Source: an uncultured Clostridia bacterium (lineage in GTDB: Bacteria > Bacillota > Clostridia > Oscillospirales > CAG-272). From it: DNA of 64,000 nucleotides. The notes beneath the pieces are model-generated. The model made no database searches, was not told the DNA's origin, and saw only the letters and a list, made by a program, of their open reading frames with translations. Shown here piece after piece: positions 16,142-24,040 of the stretch (its first letter is position 1; the number at the start of each line of letters is the position of its first letter). The stretch covers positions 443 to 64,442 of the forward strand of contig CAMEON010000002.1 of NCBI GenBank assembly GCA_945929845.1, read 5' to 3'. A program made the translations under genes and the position numbers.

Positions 16142-17071
16142 ATGACATTGCAACAGCTTCATTACGCCATCACCATCGCTGAGGTAGGATCGCTGAACAA
16201 AGCCGCCGAGATCCTGTATATCGCCCAGCCGTCCCTGACCAGCTCTATGAAGGAGCTGGAAAAGGAACTGGGTATCAGCATATTCTACCGGAGCGGCCGG
16301 GGCGTTTCTTTGACCAACGATGGCGCCGAATTCCTGCTTTACGCAAGACAGCTCTACCATCAGTACGAGGTGCTGGTGGAGAAGTACGGCAACCAGAATT
16401 ACAAGAAGAAGTTCGGCGTGTCCACCCAGCATTACTCCTTTGCTATCAAGGCTTTCGTGGAGCTTGTCAAGAGATTTGACACCTCTCAGTACGAGTTCGC
16501 CATCCGTGAGACCAAGACAAAGGATGTGATCCAGGATGTGAGCAGTATGAGGAGCGAGATCGGCATTCTGTATCTCAACGATTTCAACCGGGCCACGCTG
16601 ACCAAGATATTCAACAGCAACAATCTGGAGTTCCACCATCTGATCTCCTGCCGTGCCTATGTGTACCTGTGGGCCGGCCACCCCCTGGCCAAGAACAGCT
16701 CCATCAGCTTTGCGGAGCTGAAGGACTACCCCTGCCTCTCCTTTGAGCAGGGGGATACCGGCTCCTTCTACTTTGCCGAGGAGATACTGAGCACCAGTGA
16801 GTACGCCCGCACCATCAAGGCCTGTGACCGTGCCACCATGCTGAACCTGATGATCGGTCTGAACGGGTACACCCTGTGCTCCGGCATCATCTGCGAGGAG
16901 CTGAACGGCAACGATTACCTTGCCATTCCCTTCCGCCCGGACACCGAAGACAGGAACACCGTCATGGAAGTCGGATACATCGTCAAGAAGAATACGGTGC
17001 TCAGCAATACAGGAAGCCTTTACATCGAGGAAATCCGGAAATACCTGACCGCAGAGCAGGATGAATCGTAA
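16142..17071 (+). CDS. LysR-family transcriptional regulator
   Basis: MTLQQLHYAITIAEVGSLNKAAEILYIAQPSLTSSMKELEKELG HTH plus a ~200-aa substrate-binding domain. The ATG at 16142 is preferred over 16127 on RBS spacing. Confidence 0.85.
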   Translation: MTLQQLHYAITIAEVGSLNKAAEILYIAQPSLTSSMKELEKELGISIFYRSGRGVSLTNDGAEFLLYARQLYHQYEVLVEKYGNQNYKKKFGVSTQHYSFAIKAFVELVKRFDTSQYEFAIRETKTKDVIQDVSSMRSEIGILYLNDFNRATLTKIFNSNNLEFHHLISCRAYVYLWAGHPLAKNSSISFAELKDYPCLSFEQGDTGSFYFAEEILSTSEYARTIKACDRATMLNLMIGLNGYTLCSGIICEELNGNDYLAIPFRPDTEDRNTVMEVGYIVKKNTVLSNTGSLYIEEIRKYLTAEQDES

Positions 17072-17151
17072 ATGTGAAATTCGTGGTTTCTCCGGAAGAT
17101 TCCGGATTCTGTGCAAGGAGGTTCACACGCTTGAGCCGTGTGCTCTGTACT

Positions 17152-19542
17152 ATGTTGAAAAGACTTTTCTGCGGCATTCTGGCCGCCCTGATCCTCTCCT
17201 CCGCGATATCCTCACTGGCCGCCTGCACAGGTGGAGGAGATACCGGAACCGACACGCCGTCTCTCCCTGCACCGGTTTCTGAAACAGGCCCTGCCCCTGT
17301 GGAATCAGCCCCCGACAGCACGGAGGAGGCGACCGAGGATATGACCGCATCCTCGGAAACGGAAGGGGAAGATTCCACCCCCGAGACAGAGCCTCCGGTT
17401 CAGATCCAGGTGCCCGCCTATGAGGACATCGGCTTGGCGGAATACCTGTCCGGCCAAGATGATCGTCTGGAGCTGGTCTACGATTTCACAGACCCCAGCG
17501 CATCCCTGTCGGACTTGCGGCTGGACAACACCCTCCGGTTCACCTCCAACGGCACCCTGACGAAGGACGACTTCGGCATCACCGTCCAGAGGGACGCATG
17601 GAACGCCCTGGGATTCACCCAGGTTCTGACAGAGCCGTATACAGCAGAGGCCACCCTGTACAATCACGGTACCTCCGACAGTGCCACCAGCTCAGTCATG
17701 TGCGGGGTACGGGTCAAGTCGCCGGAGCATCTTTTCATCGACAGCGGCCTGTGGGTCACTGTGAACAACGGGAACGCCTACCTGGTGGTTCATCAGGTGC
17801 TGACCGTGTCCCTTGGCACCGGGCTGCCCTTTAACGCCGGAGACGGGGTCGTGGTTGGCTTTGAGGATTCCGGCTCCGAGATACAGATCACGGTAGGCGG
17901 TCAGCCGCTGGCCACTGTGACCGTGGATGAGGATGCAGATACCTTCACTGTCCTGGCCTCTGACGGGGCAGAGCTGGGGTCCGGCAGTCTGGATCGTATT
18001 GCCCACGGGACGACCCTGGGCTATGTCCGCACCATGCAGCACTTTGCCCACGCTTCGGTGTCGTCTCTGCGTCTGACCACCGGCTCGGTGCGTTCCTATA
18101 CACCGGCTGACACAGTCACAGAGCTACGGAACGGCCTTTCCTACTTCCTGTCGGAAAAGGTTCAGTATACCTGTGCGTCCCCCATCACGCTCCTGGAGGG
18201 GGCGGTGCTCCTGGATGCTTCCGCCGTAGCCAAGCTTCTTGGCTTCTCATACAATGAGACCGACGCCGCCGTGACCCTCACCAGAGATACAGCCACCCTG
18301 ACCTTTCCGGTCAACCAGGCTACCGTCACGCTGAATGGCACAGCCCATGCCTTCCCCACCGTCATCCGCCGGGACGAAGCTGTGCTGATCGCCGCAGACT
18401 ACATCGCCCGCTGGATGGGCTACTCCGTCCGGTATGTCGGAGATGCCGTCTACATAGCCGGTGATGATTCCATACTTACAGAGGAGAAGATAAAGGAAAT
18501 GGACAACCGTTATCAGCTTTATCAGGATGTCGTATACAACTACGACGATGTGGAGGCCGACCAGACCGGCGTTGGCCTGTATGACCCCACCCCGTATGAG
18601 GATCGCCTGGTAGGTATCGCCTACACCACCTGGCATTCCCCCACCTTTACTTCCTGGGGATCCGGTACCTGGGATCTCCCCTTGCAGGGGCCGTACTCCT
18701 CAGATGACCGGGAGGTCATCTATAACCACGGCATTCTCCTCCGGGATGCCGGGATCGACTTTGTGTTCGTGGACTGGTCCAACAATACCTGCTATGACCC
18801 GGCCACCATGCGGGAACAGCGGGCTGACTTCCGCATGATCGAGGAAGCCACCGATGTGCTCTTTGAGGTGTGGTCGCAGATCGAGGGCGCACCCAAGATC
18901 TGCATCTTCGCCGGCCCGGGCCATTCAGGGCCGGAAAATGTGGCCAACGGCAACCACCAGCGGAAGGTGGATCAGATCTGGACTGACTATGTGGAGAAGT
19001 ACCCGGATCTTTACTTCCGGTACGAGGGCAAGCCCTTGCTTATGTGCTACGGTGCCACCCCCAACCTGTATGGCTCCCGTCCCTCATGGAACGACGACCG
19101 CTTCACCGTCCGCTGGATGACAGGCTATGTGGGTCAGCAGGGTTCCCTGTTCAATGCCAAGACTTTGAAGTCACACGGCTTCTGGAGCTGGGAGGAGCGG
19201 GGTGCCCAGACCTTCACTGTCACGAAGGATAAACGGGTGGAGTGCATCACCTGTACGGCGGCCAGCCGTGCCCAGGGCCAGGAGGGGGAAGCCGGGTATA
19301 TTCCCGCCTTTGGTCGTGACAACGGTATGACACTGAAGAAGCAATTCCAACGGGCCAACGATCTGGGAGCCGGGATGGTGATCCTTGTCTCCTGGAACGA
19401 GTGGACCACCGGGGAACAGCCTTCGGCGGAGGTCTCCAAGGATCTGGAGCCGTCACAGATACACGGGACATTCTACTATGACCTGCTGTGCCAGCAGATC
19501 AAGAAATTCAAGGGGATGCTTGCTACTTCCGCAGAGGAATGA
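17152..19542 (+). CDS. Lipoprotein with a copper-amine-oxidase-N-like (stalk) domain and a GH99/WbsX-like 'WNEW' catalytic-type domain; paralog of the first gene
   Basis: MLKRLFCGILAALILSSAISSLAAC lipobox. VLLDASAVAKLLGFSY...VTLNGTAHAFPTVIRRDEAVLIAADYIARWMG matches the Cu_amine_oxidN1-like fold. C-terminal GIDFVFVDWSNN...LVSWNEWTTGEQ. Alternative TTG start at 17131, 9 nt after GGAGG. Confidence 0.55.
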   Translation: MLKRLFCGILAALILSSAISSLAACTGGGDTGTDTPSLPAPVSETGPAPVESAPDSTEEATEDMTASSETEGEDSTPETEPPVQIQVPAYEDIGLAEYLSGQDDRLELVYDFTDPSASLSDLRLDNTLRFTSNGTLTKDDFGITVQRDAWNALGFTQVLTEPYTAEATLYNHGTSDSATSSVMCGVRVKSPEHLFIDSGLWVTVNNGNAYLVVHQVLTVSLGTGLPFNAGDGVVVGFEDSGSEIQITVGGQPLATVTVDEDADTFTVLASDGAELGSGSLDRIAHGTTLGYVRTMQHFAHASVSSLRLTTGSVRSYTPADTVTELRNGLSYFLSEKVQYTCASPITLLEGAVLLDASAVAKLLGFSYNETDAAVTLTRDTATLTFPVNQATVTLNGTAHAFPTVIRRDEAVLIAADYIARWMGYSVRYVGDAVYIAGDDSILTEEKIKEMDNRYQLYQDVVYNYDDVEADQTGVGLYDPTPYEDRLVGIAYTTWHSPTFTSWGSGTWDLPLQGPYSSDDREVIYNHGILLRDAGIDFVFVDWSNNTCYDPATMREQRADFRMIEEATDVLFEVWSQIEGAPKICIFAGPGHSGPENVANGNHQRKVDQIWTDYVEKYPDLYFRYEGKPLLMCYGATPNLYGSRPSWNDDRFTVRWMTGYVGQQGSLFNAKTLKSHGFWSWEERGAQTFTVTKDKRVECITCTAASRAQGQEGEAGYIPAFGRDNGMTLKKQFQRANDLGAGMVILVSWNEWTTGEQPSAEVSKDLEPSQIHGTFYYDLLCQQIKKFKGMLATSAEE

Positions 19543-19627
19543 GTACTGGCACCTATACGGTATGCCGGGGTCTATTGGCTCCGGTATACCGACTGTTGTA
19601 TGAGAATCATGTGGAAACACCTTTCCG

Positions 19628-19671
19628 CAGAGCAGGAAGCACCACGAGCCATGCTTCCTGCTCTGATTTTT
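19628..19671 (+). terminator. Intrinsic terminator after the 17.1-19.5 kb lipoprotein gene
   Basis: 14-bp stem CAGAGCAGGAAGCA/TGCTTCCTGCTCTG, 10-nt loop, then ATTTTT. Confidence 0.8.
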
Positions 19672-19798
19672 GACATACCCTCCGCCATGGATCGGCGAAG
19701 AATAAAATTTTTCGCAAAAAATTTCAAAAGTATTGGAATTTCCGCACCCGTTTCCGTATAGATGGGTGAAGGCCCTTCAGAGAGGAGAAAGTATCAGA

Positions 19799-20341
19799 AT
19801 GGAAGATAACGAGATACTCGATCTGTTTTTCAGCCGTGATGAGAAAGCCATCCGTGAGTCCGAGATCAAGTACGGTTCCTTCTGCATGAGCATCGCCCGG
19901 GGCATCCTGGGTTCAGATGCGGAGGCGGAGGAATGTGTCAACGATACCTGGCTCAAGGCATGGAACTCCATCCCACCGCAGAACCCACCGAATTTCCGGA
20001 TGTGGCTCGGAAAAGTCATACGCAACCTGGCACTGGACAGGTACCGGTATCACCGAGCTGCGAAACGGAACCGGGACTTTGCAGTGTCGCTTGAGGAACT
20101 GGCTGACTGCATCCCCATACAGGAGGAGGATGCGGGGAATCTGACAGAACTGCTCAATCAATTCCTGCACGGGTTGAAGCTACGGGATCAACAGCTGTTC
20201 GTAGGCCGATACTGGTATAACTACTCATTGGAAAAGCTGTCCAATGGGTATGGTATGCCCGTCAGCACGGTCAGCCACCGTCTCAGCCGCACCCGGGACA
20301 AGCTGAAACAATTTCTTGAAAAGGAGGGGTACTCATTATGA
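19799..20341 (+). CDS. ECF-type sigma-70 family RNA polymerase sigma factor
   Basis: ~180 aa with region 2 (CVNDTWLKAWNSI) and region 4 (YSLEKLSNGYGMPVSTVSHRLSRTRDKLKQFL). GAGGAG lies 11 nt before the ATG at 19799. Confidence 0.85.
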   Translation: MEDNEILDLFFSRDEKAIRESEIKYGSFCMSIARGILGSDAEAEECVNDTWLKAWNSIPPQNPPNFRMWLGKVIRNLALDRYRYHRAAKRNRDFAVSLEELADCIPIQEEDAGNLTELLNQFLHGLKLRDQQLFVGRYWYNYSLEKLSNGYGMPVSTVSHRLSRTRDKLKQFLEKEGYSL

Positions 20342-21600
20342 AAGGTATGACCGTTATGAAGCAGTTGAACGGGATCGATGATATACTGATCCAGAATGCC
20401 TACTTACCGGACACCGTCCCGGACGGGAAATGGGTCAAGGCTCCCCGGCGGGAGCGGGTAGCGGCGGTCATGTCATCCGGCTGGATGGTGGCTTGTATCT
20501 GCGCCGTGGTCAGCATCGGCGTATATGTCAGTGTCCTTGGCTGGAATCTGGGATGGTTCAGCCCCGCCGGCGCACCGCCGGAAACAGAGCCGGGGATCAT
20601 CTATGAGTCAAATACGGAGGAAGCCATCACGGAGGCTGTCACGGAAGCGGCCAATTACTCCACCGGGTTGTCCTACATCAAGGTGGATGGCGGGTTTTCC
20701 GTCAATGGCATGGGCAGTTGTACGGATCGTGATGTGATCATTCCCTCGGAATACCTGGGAGACCCGGTGATCGCCGTGGCGGAAATGGCATTCTATCAGA
20801 ATCAGAACATCCGCTCGGTGGTTCTGCCAGACAGCGTCACAGACATCGGCGAACATGCCTTCGATTCCTGTCAGAATCTGAGTTCCGTCCGCCTGCCGGA
20901 GAACCATAACACAATAATCAGAGCCGGTGCTTTCAAATCCTGCGTCTCTCTCACAGAGATTTACCTACAGGACGGCACAGACCTGGAGTGGGGTGCCTTT
21001 GAAGGGGCTACTTCCCTTTCGTCTGTCCGGTTGCCCAGCGACTTGACGAGCATTGCCGGGCGTCTTTTCCAGGACTGCACCTCCTTGGCTTCCATTGAAC
21101 TTCCGGACACGCTGGAATCCATCGGTAGGGAAGCCTTTCAAAAGTGCACCGCACTGAAAGAGATACAGTTTCCGGAATCGCTTCGCTCCATCAGCGACTA
21201 CGCCTTTGAGCAGTGCGGGTTGGATCTGGAAGCCGTCCGCATTCCGGATAGTGTTGAGTATATCGGTGAGGTGGTTTTTCAAGCGATTGGTGCAATTCCC
21301 GGATTGACTTTCTATCCGGACGGCACCATCCTCGAAGAGAATGGAGAGCCGATGAAGACCTATGAGTGCTATGTGGACAACTGCCTGATCTATCTCTACA
21401 CCACCAATCCCTCCTACACAGTACGGGAGGGTACCCGCCTGATCGCAAGTGGTGCGTTGGATCTTTACTCGTATATAGGCATACGGGAAATGGACATTTA
21501 CCTGCCGGATTCACTGGAATACCTGTGTGAGAATTGGATCTGCTCCACCTACCGGATCCACGGTGAGTATACCCACATCCCCGTGACAAGTGCCTCGTAA
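20338..21600 (+). CDS. Single-pass membrane protein with an extracellular BspA-type leucine-rich-repeat domain; candidate anti-sigma factor
   Basis: Its ATG overlaps the sigma gene stop (ATGA at 20338-20341). N-terminal GIDDILIQNAY, one TM (WMVACICAVVSIGVYVSVLGW), then LRR_5-like repeats (IPDSVxxIGxxAFxxCxxLxSVxLP). Confidence 0.6.
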   Translation: MKGMTVMKQLNGIDDILIQNAYLPDTVPDGKWVKAPRRERVAAVMSSGWMVACICAVVSIGVYVSVLGWNLGWFSPAGAPPETEPGIIYESNTEEAITEAVTEAANYSTGLSYIKVDGGFSVNGMGSCTDRDVIIPSEYLGDPVIAVAEMAFYQNQNIRSVVLPDSVTDIGEHAFDSCQNLSSVRLPENHNTIIRAGAFKSCVSLTEIYLQDGTDLEWGAFEGATSLSSVRLPSDLTSIAGRLFQDCTSLASIELPDTLESIGREAFQKCTALKEIQFPESLRSISDYAFEQCGLDLEAVRIPDSVEYIGEVVFQAIGAIPGLTFYPDGTILEENGEPMKTYECYVDNCLIYLYTTNPSYTVREGTRLIASGALDLYSYIGIREMDIYLPDSLEYLCENWICSTYRIHGEYTHIPVTSAS

Positions 21601-21635
21601 AGCACAAACAATCTGTTGTTGAAAGGAATCCATAA

Positions 21636-23585
21636 ATGAAGAATAAAACATTTCTCGCCGCCCTCATCCTGATCACAGCTTTTCTGACAGGCATGACGGT
21701 TTCCTGCGGTGTCCCCAGATCCTCCGGGCAACAACCCGCCGACAGCCAACCACCTCTGGAAACAGTTGATACAGACAACATACAGGAAGAAACCGTACCG
21801 GAAACTGATGCGCGTACAGACCCCCCCTGCGCACACGGACACACTTTTGATACTGAAATCAGCCGGGTGTTCAATCCTACCTGCTTCCGGGACGGGGCTG
21901 CGATCTATAAGTGTTCCGTATGCCACACGCAAAAGGAATTAGTCATTCCGGCACTGACTCATGAATTTCAGGACGGATACTGCATTCATTGCGGCTTGAA
22001 CCAAGGTGCGGAGACCCGCTTCACTTACCGATACAACCAAAGCACCAATTCGTATATCCTGGACTTGCCTAAAGAAGACGCACCGGGGGAGCCATGGGAT
22101 ACAAAGGAAACCATCATTCTGCCTACGGTTGGGCAGGATGAAGACCATGGCGTTCGGCCTGTGACCGGGTTTATCCGTCTGTTTGCCAACAACACGACCA
22201 TTCAGAAAGTGATCATTCCGGAAGGCTACACCACAATCGGGAAGAATGCTTTTTCCGGTAATTGCACGCTCGATCTGTCGTCCATTCAGTTTCCCTCCAC
22301 TCTGAATACAATCTGTGACTACGCCTTCTGTGAAAGGAAGGATATGACGGAGATCACGATACCGGACACGATAACCACCATCGGAGATCATACATTTAGC
22401 GGTTGTACCAATCTCTCAAAAATCACCTTCCCTGACGGTTTGACCGATATCGGGGAGTATGCGTTCACTGACTGTACCTCTCTCACAGAAATCATTCTTC
22501 CGGATTCCCTGGCCCACATCCGTTCCGGTGCATTCTCCCGTACAGGGCTTACCTCCATAGAGATCCCAGCGGGAGTGCACAGTCTCAATTCCTCCCTGTT
22601 TTGGGGATGTAACCAATTGACATCCGTCAAAATACCGGACACCGTGACATTCATCGGCCAGTACTGTTTTACCGGAACCAACATTCCCGAGTTGACCCTT
22701 CCTTCCAGTCTGACCCGTATGGCTGCCCATGCGATTGTTTCATGTAATGTACGGAAGATCGTATTCAAGGACGGCTTGACTAAACTTGACGATTCCATCC
22801 ATGATTGTCCCGAGCTTGAAACCGTCGTCCTTCCGCAAACGCTTACAACCATGAGTGCGGGGGAATTCAGTGGATGCCCGAATCTGAAGAGTATCAACTT
22901 CCCTGCTTCCTTCCAAAGGGTTCCTGAAACGTTACTCACGGGCTGTACAAAATTAACCGAGATCCTGGTCGATCCGGACAATCCGTGTCTGGAGAACAGG
23001 GACGGTCTGATCATCTGGACGGAGAAACACCGGCTCATGTGTATCACCGCCCGTGAGGAACTGATCATCCCGGACGATGGCAGTGTCACGGAGATCGCCA
23101 CAGATGCCTGCCGGAACAGCAATCTTGTACGGGTGGTCATCCCCGGAACTGTAGATAAAATTTACTATAATGCTTTCTATAACTGCCGTGCTCTGGAATC
23201 CGTGGAGATCGGTGAGGGTGTCCGCTTCTTTGGTAACTATTCCTTTGCAAATTGTACTTCACTGACTTCATTCACTTTCCCCAAGTCTGCCACCTCTGTG
23301 GGGGCGTTTGTACTCGGGTATTGCACAGCGTTGCAGGAAGTCACCATCCCCCGGCGATTCAACAGGATCCCGAGATATGACAATTTTGAATCTCACAGTG
23401 CGCTTTTCTGCGGCTGTACCTCCCTGCAGTCTGTGTACTATGACGGAACCGTGCACGATTGGATCATACGGGTAAAGCCGAACATCCTGGAATGCGGAGT
23501 CCAGGCCGGGGATTATATCGTGTACTGCACAGACGGTGAGTACGATTACCACCACACCCAGGAATGGCTGGATGAGCATACATGA
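21636..23585 (+). CDS. Lipoprotein with a Cys-rich module and more than 10 BspA-type leucine-rich repeats
   Basis: MKNKTFLAALILITAFLTGMTVSCG lipobox. CAHGH...CSVCH...CIHCG zinc-ribbon-like region. Repeated IPxxVTxIGxxAFxxCTxLTxI units. Confidence 0.7.
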   Translation: MKNKTFLAALILITAFLTGMTVSCGVPRSSGQQPADSQPPLETVDTDNIQEETVPETDARTDPPCAHGHTFDTEISRVFNPTCFRDGAAIYKCSVCHTQKELVIPALTHEFQDGYCIHCGLNQGAETRFTYRYNQSTNSYILDLPKEDAPGEPWDTKETIILPTVGQDEDHGVRPVTGFIRLFANNTTIQKVIIPEGYTTIGKNAFSGNCTLDLSSIQFPSTLNTICDYAFCERKDMTEITIPDTITTIGDHTFSGCTNLSKITFPDGLTDIGEYAFTDCTSLTEIILPDSLAHIRSGAFSRTGLTSIEIPAGVHSLNSSLFWGCNQLTSVKIPDTVTFIGQYCFTGTNIPELTLPSSLTRMAAHAIVSCNVRKIVFKDGLTKLDDSIHDCPELETVVLPQTLTTMSAGEFSGCPNLKSINFPASFQRVPETLLTGCTKLTEILVDPDNPCLENRDGLIIWTEKHRLMCITAREELIIPDDGSVTEIATDACRNSNLVRVVIPGTVDKIYYNAFYNCRALESVEIGEGVRFFGNYSFANCTSLTSFTFPKSATSVGAFVLGYCTALQEVTIPRRFNRIPRYDNFESHSALFCGCTSLQSVYYDGTVHDWIIRVKPNILECGVQAGDYIVYCTDGEYDYHHTQEWLDEHT

Positions 23586-23616
23586 ATCCGTGACTGTTCC
23601 TTTTGGGGATGCGCCG

Positions 23617-23647
23617 GGGCCTTCTTTCGGGAAGGCCCTGACTTTTT
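23617..23647 (+). terminator. Intrinsic terminator after the LRR lipoprotein gene
   Basis: GGGCCTTC-tttcgg-GAAGGCCC then TGACTTTTT. Confidence 0.65.
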
Positions 23648-23687
23648 CATCATTTGTTGAATCGTTGTTCCATAAATTTACTCCGGC

Positions 23688-23934
23688 GTTACAGTTCACC
23701 TCCCCCCACAGTACGCTCTCTTTTCTGCCGTAGAGCGGGGCGAGGGGCCCCCGCGATGGCGTTTCTGCTGTTTTGGACGACAGTAACGCTGGCTCCCCGG
23801 AAAAGTGATAATAAAAATATGACAGAATAATACTCCGAACAGTACACAATACATGTTTTGAAAGTTCTTGGGGGTCTGGGCCCTTCTTTCAAGAAGGGCC
23901 CAGGCGTTCCCCCGTCCCCCGCCTGAACTGTAAC
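23688..23934 (-). mobile_element. MITE-like element, full-length copy B (247 bp, inverted orientation)
   Basis: Termini gttacagttcacc... and ...cctgaactgtaac (11-bp TIR GTTACAGTTCA). Internal hairpin gggcccttctttcaagaagggccc at 23878-23901. No ORF. Intergenic. Confidence 0.6.
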
Positions 23935-23974
23935 ACTTCGATAAATATTATTTGCCCATACCCCCGTCTTGATA

Positions 23975-24003
23975 TTGACGAGCGGCGCATTTTGTGGTAA
24001 AAT
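23975..24003 (+). promoter_or_regulatory. Sigma-A promoter TTGACG-17-TAAAAT for acn-icd
   Basis: ttgacgagcggcgcattttgtggtaaaat, with TG at -15/-14. Confidence 0.65.
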
Positions 24004-24040
24004 ATTGCCGATTCATAGAAACTTGGAGGTATTGAGATTC

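Noticed and set aside
19542-19798. Small ORFs (61-72 aa) between the lipoprotein gene and the sigma gene
   Set aside because: They overlap a strong terminator hairpin, lack RBSs and have no conservation signal I can see.
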